Shown here: in pieces, positions 1 through 11,769 of the stretch
Layout: the number at the start of each line of letters is the position of its first letter
Position numbering within the stretch: position 1 is the stretch's first letter
Source of the DNA: Penicillus capitatus
Lineage: Eukaryota; Plantae; Chlorophyta
Assembly (NCBI GenBank): GCA_965649825.1
Contig: OZ287719.1
Coordinates: 107,309 to 171,308 of the forward strand
Direction of reading: 5' to 3'
DNA length: 64,000 bases
The notes under the pieces: model-generated
What the model saw: the letters and a program-made list of their open reading frames with translations, nothing else
The model's database searches: none
Told to the model about the DNA's origin: nothing
Program-made: the position numbers and the translations under genes

Positions 1-3000
1 GATGCTCCTTTGTCTAGCAGCATCTGTAGAGCATCGAGCGAGTTCTGCGCAGTGGACAAACAGAGTGACGCACCTCAATGATCTCTGGTATTCCGATTGC
101 TGCGGCAACATGAAGAGGTCTCATTCCGCTAGGCATCTCTGTTTTTTCGACGTCGGAGCCAGCTTCAAGCAGAGCCTGCACAAACAGATTCTTGTCTGAG
201 AAGACCTCCGACACATGAGATGGATGTACTTTTACTACTTCGACGTTCACAGTGCATATTGTGGCAATGAGTACTGTCATTCCAATATCATCATTAACTG
301 CGTCGATATCTGCGCCTTTATTGATTAGATACTACACAAGAATCCCACTAAGACAGAGCGTTCATGTGGCTCGAGACGCACTTTCATGACTTCAGCAAAT
401 TCACCCTGCTTGGAGGGTTCTAGGTGGTCCGAAATTACCATCTGCGCCGCTAAGAGAAGTGCATTATTTCCTTTGGTGTCAACTGCTTTGACATCTGCGC
501 CTTTACTGATTAGATACTACAGAAGAGTCTCACGACGACAGAACGTGCATGTGGCTCGAGACGTACTTTCACCATTTCCGTATTTCTTGTAGCAGACGCA
601 TAGTGAAGCGGAGTACGATGAAAGAAATCGGTTGCTTCGATGTTTGCTCCTCTGTCGATTAGATACTACAGAAGAATCCCGTGACTATGAAACGTCTGTA
701 CAGTCCGTGACACACTTTCGCGACCTCTGTTCTTCTCGCAAACAGCGCCCAATGGAATGCATTCCATCCACCGCGGTCGATCTCCTCGATGTCTGCTCCG
801 TCGTCCAGCAGAGCCTGTTTACGAGTGGTCCTTCTCTGAGAACCTTGTTACGCTGAAAAGACACACCTCCACTTCTTTCACGTCTCCATCCATCGCCGCC
901 TGGTGAAGAGGAGGCGTTTCCTGATTGTCATGTACGTGGAGCTTTGCGCTGCGCTCGAGCGGCAACTACGTTGTCAGTCTCAGCTGGCGCACACAGCCTA
1001 GGGATCATGGTTGTACCTGATGAAGATCGTCCTTCTCTTGACCAGCGACGCGTGAGAGGATGTTTCCGCCGTCCACGCCCGCGAACAACTGTGCCCCTTT
1101 CAGACAACAGCAGATGCGTTTTGACGACGTCGCGTGATGCTAACCGGTGATACCACGGCTGCCGGATGCCACACGGGAAACGAGCAGAAGGCAGAGCCAC
1201 ACGTACAGCACACTGCACCTCATGTTTACGCGACCTCGAAACGTCTATGCGGCGTAAAGGCAAAGCGTTTAGCACGGACTGGAATGCGAGGCTTGAAACA
1301 AGACACTGACAAAGACGCGTGGTCGAATTTGTAGGCTGCCTTGACGATCCTGCGAATGTACCGGACATCATCCGTGCGTCTCCTCCACGCATTTTCGCGC
1401 AGCATGCCTCGGCATGACATAACCTCAAACGTCTTTCTCCACAGCACGGGATGAGGGATAGGGAACGTTGATTCTCTGGCGAGTCGCTCAGCCCGATGCT
1501 GCACGGTCCTTGCTCCGCAGAGCACGTAGTGTTTCGATTTCCGCCTGCGACATGGGCATCGTTTTCCAGGACGCCGAAGATCTTCACGTTTTCGAAATTG
1601 CTGCTGTCCACTATCTCAAGAGGAGACGGATCCTCCGTGGTCGCCCTGATTAACAAACCCTCGTTACTCGAATATACATCACATCAGATGGGTGTGGCGG
1701 CAGATGTACAATTGGAATGGCGAATCTGCTGTCCGTTGAGGACAGCTTCTCGTGTCACACAGTTCGTGTGCAACACTGCGTCGCTCTGAAGACCGACAGC
1801 TTCATGGAGAATGATGCAGTTGCGATGTGTTAGGTGCCATGACCCTATGCAGCAACAGATGCAGTGTCGATGAAGCATCCATCCTTCATCGACAGTTCCA
1901 ACTGCTGTCCGTTAACAAGCCAAGTCTGACAGGCGAAGACGATACGGGTCATGAATGCATCGTCGCTGCTGTTCAAAGTTCTCTGCGTGCTCTAGTATCA
2001 TCTTTCCTATCTGGGAACAAACGCGGCCATCAGACTGTTTGTTCCCTGTTATGCGATGGAGACAAGGAGTATCTCGGCCTGCTTTACCAATACACGCTGC
2101 ACCAGTAGCAGACAGACAGACAGACAGACCTTCTTTGTCGATCTCTTGTGCATCAAATGCCTCGAGAAGAGGCTCGTTTCCTGCAGCACCTGTCAAATCA
2201 TGCCGTTCCGTGTTGGCGGTCTTCGGGAAGCTAAACGGTCCGACGAATCAGTTCATTAAGTGTCCATCGATCCAATCTCCTCTTCGTGTTCTTTGCGCGT
2301 CGACTTTGCATAGGGCATTCCATCGTGGAAATGCACTTCGCTGACCACCTATCCATCTGCATCGTTTCGCAATTCTTCTCAGAGGCGAAGGAGTTGTTCG
2401 AAACTCAAAAAGAGAAGCCATTCAACGGGTAGACACGACGAGAGGGAAGGCAGATCTCTCAATTCGTCCGCATTTGATGCCTGCCTTGTACATAGCGAGA
2501 ACCAGTCACTGAAAGAACACTGTGCAATTCATAGACGAACAAAGGATGCTAGGGAAACGTCCTGACTTCTGTATAAGGAGTCGCCCTTCGTATTCTCCCA
2601 TTCTGCTCAAACAAGGAATCCTTGAGGTCAAAGGCGACGGAAGAGACATGCTCTGCTGTTTCTTGATGACACGAGACAGATCCTTTCTCCTCTCTATGGA
2701 AGTATGTGGCGACAGTCATTTCACGGACTTGAGAATCGAAGATGTGACGGGGATGCAACAGTGGCAGTGCTCTAGTATTACATTAACCGTTTTAACATCT
2801 ATTCAGCCGTCCTGTCCATGCAGTCTTTTCAGCGAATGCTGACTGTCCTATCGAGACGTCGTCTTCCATCGTCGACATCTCTCCACATTAGACAGACTTT
2901 GCCCGCAAAGCGACCGCTGCCAAATCCAACACACCTGCAGGAAAATGTCACCATCGCGTCATTAGGCACAGAACACCACTCACCGTCGTGACCAACACCG

Positions 3001-3106
3001 TCTTGCATTTTGCTAGGATGCCTGCACAGTATCCTTCGTTGTCCGTCAATGCACACAGGAGCACCGTGATGACAAGGATGAAGTGAAACGTCTTTTGGGC
3101 GTTCAT
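1..3106 (-). CDS. Multi-exon ankyrin-repeat gene (paralog G1): signal-peptide-like start, unknown N-terminal domain, ANK exons; 3' end lies beyond the window edge; intactness uncertain
   Basis: N-terminus MNAQKTFHFILVITVLLCALTDNEG at 3106; ANK exons VQALLEAGSDVEKTEMPSGMRPLHVAAAIG (ORF 14..280), LISKGADVKAVDTKGNNAL (~400-510) and ALLDDGADIEEIDRGGWNAFHWA (~720-830). Exon boundaries not fully resolved. Confidence 0.55.
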
Positions 3107-3780
3107 GTCGACGACGCTGAGGCTGCCAGCGACAGGAAGGACGATAATGTATGGACTGGCGCTGTTCGCTATCACAGCACCGCGAGTGGAATGTTTCGCC
3201 CGACGATTTGAACAGACTGCCGAAAAGTGTCGCCCAAACGCACAGGCAGCTGCGAAAACCGAATGAGATAATCGGCTGCTGCATGCGCCATGAAATACCC
3301 TCGCCGCCGCGATTGTCTATCTACGACGTTCGCGATGCGCAGCTGTCCCACGTGGCCGTCACATCAAGTCGCCTCCCGCAACTCGACGCATCCACGACTC
3401 CTCACTTTTCTTCGCCCTTGTCCTCTGCGTCGGCTACGATGATTGTCCTGCGTGCTGCCACGCGAGTTCGCACATATTTGGCTACACCCGTTTACAACGT
3501 GGCTGCGTGAGGGATCTTTGTTATCGCGTTACTGATCGACGACGCCACCAAGACGCGTCGAGATGCCGTTCGTGTCGACTGCTCGTCGCATACGCGCGCA
3601 CTAACTGGACCATTAGACGATCTGAACCAGGAATAGGCGGTCGTTCGTTAGACGGAGGCAGGACTTCACGCAGTCCGTCTCCTTGTTCTCTTCTCATGAT
3701 GGAACAAGCGTGTATCCAACAGACAAACAAAAACAGAAAACCCATCCGCCAAGGCGTCCTATTTCAGGCGCCGGCTGCAT

Positions 3781-6260
3781 TCAGGAGAGGAGGTACTCGA
3801 GTTCAGCCCTGGTCGTTTCAGAACAGGGCGGATCGGCGTCGATACAGATGACATCGTAAGGCATCTTTCCATCCCGGTCCTTCACATCCGTGTCTGCGCC
3901 GGCGTTGGTGAGAATCTAAACGCAAAAGCCGTATGTGATCGGGTACAGACAGCGAGCGCATGATGTCACCTCGGCAAGGATCGGGTTGCCATAACTGGAT
4001 GCAGCGTAGATCGGCGTGCGCGATTCTTCGTCCTTTGCATCAACGTCGGCTCCGGCGTCGATGAGCTCCTACGATGGACACGCGCGTTTTCGATCGTTTT
4101 GGGCGTACGCTCACTCGCCAGTGTGATTTCGGCGTGTCCATAGAGTGCCGCTTGATGAAGCGCTGTCCTTTTTGTCAAAGTTCTCGCCTCGACGTCGGCA
4201 TCGACCGACAGGAAATACTACAAACGCTCGTCACCACAGGCGCGTTTTCACTTGATGCAGTGACGCACTTGGACCACACGCAGATTCCCCTTCGCCACGG
4301 CATCGTAGAGCGGCGTCCTTCCGACAATATCGCCGGCGTTGACATTCGCTCCGCCTTTGTACAAAACCTACAACGACGTGCTTGCGCCGCCATTCTTTGC
4401 CGGAGACAAGGAGGCACCTCCGCAGTTTCGACGTCATCATCGAGCGCCGCCACATGAAGCGACGTCTGATCGCGCCGGTCTGTCGCCTCAACGTCGGCGC
4501 CGTTATCAATCAAAATCTATAGCGATACTCGCATGTCGCAGTCTGTCTGAGCGATTGAGGATTCACCTTTGCAGCGGTCTCATGTCCGTTGCTCGCTGCG
4601 ACGTAGAGCGGTGTCCTTTCTTCGACGTCGGCCAAATCGACATACGCTCCCGCACCGATCAGCATCTACATCCATACCTCCTCGTTTTGTTTACTGTCAA
4701 AACGAGGCTCTCGCTTTCCTGCACAATTTTCCAATGTCCGTTCTCTGATGCGCCATAAAGTGGCGTTCGGCCGAATACGTCAAACGCATTCACGTCTGCT
4801 TTGGCATCTATCAGGAGCTGTAGCAAAACACGCATACGGCGATCGTTCGGTGTGATTGATCCGCAGCGCACCCTGACGACGTCGTGGTATCCGTCTGCCG
4901 CCGCATGGAAGAGCGCCGTCACTCCGTGGGTGCTTGCCGCGTTGACATCGGCGCCAACTCTGATCAACAACTACAACAGCATCCATCTGTCGTAAACTCC
5001 ATAGCGCATCGATGGCGCGCCTCGAGAGCGTCCACGTGTCCATTGCTCGCTGCGCGATAAAGTGGCGTCCGTCTGAGGTCATCCGTGACGTCAATGGTGG
5101 CGCCGTGATCGAGCAGAGCCTAGAACAGCAATCACATTGCTCCCTTCTCACGCCTCTTCTGGCGAGGGACTCGGCACACTTTCATCACTTCAACATGTCC
5201 GTTCGCCGCCGCATCTAAGAGTGGGACCGTTCCCTTCACGTCAGCCGTGTCGACAGAGGCCCCTCTGCCGATTCGGATTAGGACCTACGGTGAACGCGCA
5301 TTCCGGCTCCGATGATCCGAACGACATATAAAGGCACCTTGACGACGTCGACGTGTCCATTGGCCGCTGCGAGATGCAATGGCGTCCTTCCGTTCTCTTC
5401 GACTACTCCGATATCTGCGCCGCCATCAATCAGCGCCTGCAACAGCAGATGTCTGACACTGGCGAACATCCGGCAGTCGTAGACGCACCTTCACTTCGTC
5501 CACGTCTCCATTATAAGCTGCCCAGTGCAACAGAGTCCATTCCTCTCTGTACGCCGGCGTCCATTCCTCCAGATCGACGTCATTCGGTTCGATGACAAAA
5601 AGGATCTGACGTGCCGTTCTTCCTTCGACGCATAACGGAGCGAAGCAAGACGCACCTGTTCATCTTTGCTGCCGGTATTGTGTATTGTGTGAAGGGACAG
5701 GTAGCCTTCGTTGCAGTCGAACGGGTCTGTACGTTCATTGCCGTCGGAGCCGTGGCATATCGATGAAGCGTACCGATACAGGCGTTTTCTGTAAGACGGT
5801 GTGTTATCTTGTGCTTGGCGAGCTGCCCCGTCGTCTTCGGCTTTCCGTAACCCTGTGTCGAAAACCGCGCCGTCATTTTGCATCGGAGATACCCATGCCG
5901 TCACCTTCGTGCCGATCGTCGCGTCCGACGACGCGGGCCGCCGACTTCCTGCACACATTCGCCGTCTTACGACGTTGGGTGGCGTGAATGTCCACACCTG
6001 ACAAAGATCTACCTACGAACTGTCGCAGGGTCCATCCTTACCTCCATGCTTTGCGAATTTCAGAGTAAGGCGCAACGTACTTTGGTTATGAGGTTCGCCG
6101 GGCGGTCGACTGGGTCGAGCAGCACGAGATCTAAACAACGGCACACGGCTGTGTGAAGGGAGGGAGGGATGTGGCGACTGGCGGCGGCACCGCGACTGCC
6201 CCATGTCGACTGCGGGAGAAGGCTGAGGCACATCAACAGGTACAGAACGGCGCGCTTCAT
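3781..6260 (-). CDS. Multi-exon ankyrin-repeat protein with predicted signal peptide (paralog G2)
   Basis: Start MKRAVLYLLMCLSLLPQSTWG (6260); ANK exons such as LIDGGADIGVVEENGRTPLHLAAANGHVDVVK, LIDAKADVNAFDVFGRTPLYGASENGHWKIV and IDNGADVEATDRRDQTSLHVAA; last exon ILTNAGADTDVKDRDGKMPYDVICIDADPPCSETTRAELEYLLS-TGA (stop at 3781-3783). Confidence 0.7.
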
Positions 6261-6548
6261 GTTGTTCGGCGAAGAGAGTGCGGAAACGGACGGAACTGGT
6301 CGAAGCAGATAGACACGCGCTCAAATGCAACGTCCAAGTAATGATGCCGACATCGAGTCATGATTGCATGTACGTGCGGTTGTCCTTCCCCTATCCGGTT
6401 TACATCGTCAATGATCCTCGTCTCACTCATGCTCACTCGGGAAGAGTTTCTCGACACAACGCTAGCAACGTTTGTTGCCTTCTGCCGGCGATGGCAACGG
6501 AGTCCTTCGTGCTAGTCTTACGGTAATAGAGATCTATTCCTCAGCGAA

Positions 6549-7170
6549 TTATCGAAACAGTAGTACAGAAGCCTCTTCGCATAGTTGTGCGGACGCCTCG
6601 CTCGTTGCGAGAAAGTAGGAGGAAGGATACTGCCGTTTGGCGTTAGCGATTCTGTGTGGAGGTATGTGCGATCGCATCCATTCTCTACAGAATTGTAACG
6701 GCTGATCGTCAGGTCGGCCCCTCAAAGACACATAGATGCCAAACCACATCGCTTTAGTCGCTGAAGACTGAAGTGCATCTCGATTTCTTCGAGCCACGAT
6801 TACTGGATCCCGGCGAATGTCGAAGGAGAAACGATGGTCCTGTCTGTGCGAGACTCCTGTCACAGTCTGTGTGAGGAAGTTCACGATTCGTCGCATCGTC
6901 GACGGAGAACGTGGTCGAAAGCGGCGCGATCGCATCATCCCCCAACTCGCATTTTGTTGCATACTTCAAGCATCTGTGTTCCTTCGGCTAAAAGCCGTAG
7001 AATCTCATCTTCCCCCTTTACCCAGCTAGTGACAAAAGAATCGGGATCCATGCGTTCCATCGAGACCTTATGCAAAACAGTCTCGGCATTGTCTTTCGGT
7101 AGGACATCATTGCCGAAAAGGAAAAAACAGCGCAAAAAACGCCTCGGCTAGCACAGGAGAACGGTGCCCG
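6549..7170 (-). other. Gene fragment of unknown function (G3), duplicated at ~26368-26850
   Basis: Near-identical sequence 6712-7060 vs 26368-26720; shared peptide GEDEILRLLAE(G/E)TQMLEVCNKMRVGG. Confidence 0.4.
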
Positions 7171-7963
7171 ACATTAGAAGAAGTGTCCGTCGGGCTTCAT
7201 CCGAGACACGATCTCGTCGGGAATAGTGCAGAACAGACCCACAATGCATAGGCAATCGTACGCAACCCTCCCATCGACGTCTTCTGCAGTCGTGGATGCT
7301 CCTTTGTCAAGCAGCATCTGTGGAGCATCGAGCGAGTTCTGCGCAGTGGACAAACAGAGTGACGCACCTCAATGATCTCTGGTATTCCGATTGCTGCGGC
7401 AACATGAAGAGGTCTCATTCCGCTAGGCATCTCTGTTTTTTCGACGTCGGAGCCAGCTTCAAGCAGAGCCTGCACAAACAGATTCTTGTCTGAGAAGACC
7501 TCCGACACATGAGATGGATGTACTTTTACTACTTCGACGTTCACAGTGCATATTGTGGCAATGAGTACTGTCATTCCAATATCATCATTAACTGCGTCGA
7601 TATCTGCGCCTTTATTGATTAGATACTACACAAGAATCCCACTAAGACAGAGCGTTCATGTGGCTCGAGACGCACTTTCATGACTTCAGCAAATTCACCC
7701 TGCTTGGAGGGTTCTAGGTGGTCCGAAATTACCATCTGCGCCGCTAAGAGAAGTGCATTATTTCCTTTGGTGTCAACTGCTTTGACATCTGCGCCTTTAC
7801 TGATTAGATACTACAGAAGAGTCTCACGACGACAGAACGTGCATGTGGCTCGAGACGTACTTTCACCATTTCCGCATTTCTTCTACCAGACGCATAGTGA
7901 AGCGGAGTACGATGAAAGAAATCGGTTGCTTCGATGTTTGCTCCTCTGTCGATTAGATACTAC

Positions 7964-9765
7964 TGTCGCGCGGAGGCGCCGAACGAAACGATAACAGCGG
8001 AAGTCTTTACAGGTAAATCAGAGCAAGGCGTTCAGAGGTTCAGATTGCGCATCAAATACCTGCGCGATGACGCGACTTGACGAGGCAGGTGAATCACCCT
8101 AGCCTCAGAGCCAGAGAAAATGGCCTCGGGTGATTGATCCAGCACCGCCCAGGACGTGGACCCATCAGAAACTAGGCAGGGTCACATCGCTCGGCGACAC
8201 CACGCTTCCCGCCAACTCCGAAAAACAAGTAAAGCAAACCCCCACGAAAACAACAGAATGAAATCAGTCTATGCCCGAGGTGAATCGTCGCAGCGCCGAG
8301 AAAATGGTCCATCCCGAAGATGATGATGCTTCTGTGTTTGGTTCCCCCGCTCTCTGCTGCGCATCCGATATCGTCGGATCCACTGACTCGACCGCATTAA
8401 TCCGCGCTTGCGGACAGTCCTTTGCCAGATGCCCCTTGCATCGGCACACATAACATATCCGACCGCGCTTGATGGCACCTCCGCCATCATCTGCCGCATC
8501 GGTTGCTCTCGCCCGTCGTCGGCGCGGGAACCGCCCAATGTCGTGCAAAACGCGCTTCATCTGATGCAACGTCTTCACGGTTCTCCGTCCTTCTGCCGGT
8601 CTTGTCGTCATCAACTCAGCCGTCCTTTCGCCGTTCGTCCGTACGGTTTCCTGCAGAGTCTTCACCTCGGCGGTCAAAGACTGTAGACATGGCACCAAAT
8701 CAGGTGCCGAAATAAACTTTTTCTTCGCCTCTGTAAAGGCGGCATCAGTCTCTCTAAGCTTCTCATGGAGAGAGGAGGCTTCCACGCGTGCCTCGTTTGC
8801 ATCTTGCTGTGCCTTGACGCTGCCTTGCTGCGCCTCGGCAAGATCCTGTTGCAGCCTCGCATTCGCCCCTGACAACCGTTCGTTTTTCACATTCACTTCT
8901 TCCCACGCTTGCGCAGCCAAGGCGTTTTGCTGCAGCCCCTGCTCAAACTCCCGGTACAGCTCGTCGTGGAGATCTTTCCACCGTTCGCTCTCCTTGACCG
9001 CGTTAGCACATGCCGTCTGCGCTTCAGACGCGCTTCGCTGTTCGCGCCGTAGCTGCTGTTGTAGCTGCTCCCTCTCCTCGCGCAGTCGTCTCGTCGTCGC
9101 TTGCAACTCGCGCCTCTCTTGCAGCCTCGGGCAAACGTACTTGACAAAATCGTGCAGCTCTGTTGTGTCGAGCAAATATTTGTCATCGATCACCGCGACG
9201 TAGCAACCCCGATGTGTCGCTCGCACCCTCTGAACGGCAATTCTATCCGGATACAGACTTTCATCTTCATTGAACCAGCGCAGCAGGCTCGGCTCCCAAT
9301 TGGTGACGTCGTAGGACCCCTCCCCTAAGAAGTGACCTTGCTCCGTTCTTCTTTCTCTTCGCCCTTGACTCATCCTTGCTCCTGACTTCTTGAATTTCCT
9401 AGATATGTCTAGAAAATGTCTAGACAGGACTCGACTTCCCCGAAGTAAGCGCTTCAGTGCACACAGCACGCGCGCAACGTCACCGAGACGGAGTTCAAAC
9501 TGAGGAGCGTTATCTCAGCTCCGAAACCATGTCGCGCGGAGGCGCCGAACGAAACGATAACAGCGGAAGTCTTTACAGGTAAATCAGAGCAAGGCGTTCA
9601 GAGGTTCAGATTGCGCATCAAATACCTGCGCGATGACGCGACTTGACGAGGCAGGTGAATCACCCTAGCCTCAGAGCCAGAGAAAATGGCCTCGGGTGAT
9701 TCATCCAGCACCGCCCAGGACGTGGACCCATCAGAAACTAGGCAGGGTCACATCGCTCGGCGACA
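7964..9765 (-). mobile_element. Non-autonomous gag-only LTR retrotransposon (TR-GAG/TRIM-like), 1802 bp, very young
   Basis: 236-bp LTRs TGTCG...CGACA at 7964-8199 and 9530-9765 with one mismatch; 5-bp TSD ACTAC (7959-7963 and 9766-9770); empty site present in the paralog at ~665-670; PBS-like TGGTTTCGGAGC at 9518-9529; purine-rich tract before the 3' LTR; one ORF and no pol. Confidence 0.92.
8264..9469 (-). CDS. Gag-like protein: long coiled coil plus CCHC zinc knuckle
   Basis: 401-aa ORF (first ATG at MSQGRR); heptad-rich LQATTRRLREEREQLQQQL... region; CYVCRCKGHLAKDC matches CX2CX4HX4C. Confidence 0.8.
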   Translation of the reverse strand: MLCALKRLLRGSRVLSRHFLDISRKFKKSGARMSQGRRERRTEQGHFLGEGSYDVTNWEPSLLRWFNEDESLYPDRIAVQRVRATHRGCYVAVIDDKYLLDTTELHDFVKYVCPRLQERRELQATTRRLREEREQLQQQLRREQRSASEAQTACANAVKESERWKDLHDELYREFEQGLQQNALAAQAWEEVNVKNERLSGANARLQQDLAEAQQGSVKAQQDANEARVEASSLHEKLRETDAAFTEAKKKFISAPDLVPCLQSLTAEVKTLQETVRTNGERTAELMTTRPAEGRRTVKTLHQMKRVLHDIGRFPRRRRARATDAADDGGGAIKRGRICYVCRCKGHLAKDCPQARINAVESVDPTISDAQQRAGEPNTEASSSSGWTIFSALRRFTSGID

Positions 9766-10753
9766 ACTACAGAAGAATCCCGCGACAAATGAAACGTCCG
9801 TACAGTTCGTAACACGCTTTCGCAACTTCTGTTCTGTCCTTAAACAGCGCCCAATGGAGTGCAGTCCATCCATCGCTGTCGATCTCCTCGATGTCTGCTC
9901 CGTCGTCCAGCAGAGCCTGTTTACGAGTGGTTCTTCTCTGAGAACCTTGTCACACTGAAGAGACGCACCTCCGCTTATTTCACGTCTCCATCCATCGCCG
10001 TCAGGTGAAAAGGAGTCGTTTCCTGTTTGTCATGTGCATGGAGCTTTGCGTTGCGCTCGAGCGGCATACGTTGTCAGTCTCCGCTGGCGCGCATAACCTA
10101 GATCATGGTTGCACCTGGTGAAGTTCGTCCCTCTTTTGAACGGCGAGGTGTGAGGTAATGTTTCCGCCGTCCACGCCCGCGAACAACTGTGCCCCTTTCA
10201 GACAACGACACATACGTTTTTACGACGTCGCGTGAAGCTAACCGGTGATACCACGGCTGCCGGATGCCACACGGGAAGCGAGCAGAAGACAGAGCCACAC
10301 GTACAGCACACGGCACCTCATGTTTACGCGAACGCGAAACGTCTATGCGGCGCAGAGGCAAAGCGTTTAGCACGGACTGGAATGCGAGGCTTGAAACAAG
10401 GCACTGACAAAGACACGTGGTCGAATTTGTAGGCTGTCTGGACTGTCCTGCGAATGCACCGGACAGCATCCTTGCGTCTCCTCCACGCATTTTCGCGCAG
10501 CATGACTCGGATGACGAAACCTCGAACGTCTTTCTCCACAGCACGGGATGAGGGCTGGGGAACGTTGATTCTCTGGCGAGTCGCTCTGTGTGACGCTGCA
10601 CGGTGTTGTGAGAATTCGCTCGAAAGGGTAAAGGAATGCGCGTTCGCGGTAGGCTGTTCGTTTGTGAAACGTACAGATCGCAATTACAATCCTGTGATCC
10701 AGCGCGTCCATTTTAATGTTCCTTTTTTCTAAGATTATTCTCATCGTATTCCA

Positions 10754-11769
10754 TCAGAACATGGGCCCACCTATCTTTCGCCGAAATGGTTGAAGAAAAT
10801 CTCGATGTACGTTATAGGGGTAAGACCCGTCAGGCAGTTCGATATCCCAACGATGTTCACTACGTTTCTTTGTCAATACACAGGGAGAAACCCACTTAGA
10901 ATAGAGCTTAGAGTCTAAGCGATCAACTAATTTGGAGTTGTACCAAGATACTTCCATGCCCTCGTGAATAGGAACATCTTTGACGTTCTTTGCATATCTC
11001 TTGGCAGACTGCTCGTGTGCTCTTTTGATTCTCTCGTAAGCCAGTTTCCGATCTGTTGCTAATTGCTCATTATTGGCTAGTCTGCCACTTCTATGAATTC
11101 CTTTAAGGAGATATCTTGGACAGAAAAGAGTAGTGCAATGGACTGTTCGATTTATTTCTTGCACACATTCGTTAATGTGTTCGGTCCAGTCTCCTCTTTT
11201 CTCTTTCCAAATTCTCTTTAGACGATTGACGAAGTTCTTGTTGTACGCTTCAATTGTGCCGGCGCTTTTATGTGAATAAGGGGTGTGTGAATGATGTCAA
11301 CACCATGTCACTCACAGAAACTCTCAAACTCTTTTGAGATGAATGCTGCTCCATTGTCACACAGGATACGTTCCGGTGGGCCATTCAATGCAATCCAGTT
11401 CTTCAGCAGCTTTATGATATGAGTAGTAGAGCACGTTTTAGATGCTTGAGCCGTGCCAGACTTGGTAAATGCATCTATTCCGGTTGCGATAAAACGATAA
11501 CCATGCATTCCTCTAGGCAACGGACCGATGAAATCTAAACACAGGGTATGGTTCGGTGTCGGACTATCTGTCATCCCCAAATCTACGTTGTGTTGCAATT
11601 GTCTAAATTGCTGGCAAACATCACAAGTCTGAACGAAACTTTTGACGTCTTCGTAATCATTTTCCCACCGGGACCCATCCGATCTCAAATTCAACCACGT
11701 CTTTCTAATTCCAAAGTGGCCTTTGTGTGCTCTAGCAATCGCTTCCCTTGTTGTACCCCGAGGGTACAA
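10754..11769 (-). pseudogene. Retrotransposon integrase (HHCC, DDE, GPY/F-like C-terminus), interrupted
   Basis: AHKGHFG...CDVC zinc finger; TLCLDFIGP, ILCDNGAAF and SAGTIEAYNK catalytic motifs; KWVSPCVL..WDIELP..NVHRDFLQPF tail; TGA at 11308-11310 and a 1-bp deletion in a C run near 11280. Confidence 0.88.
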
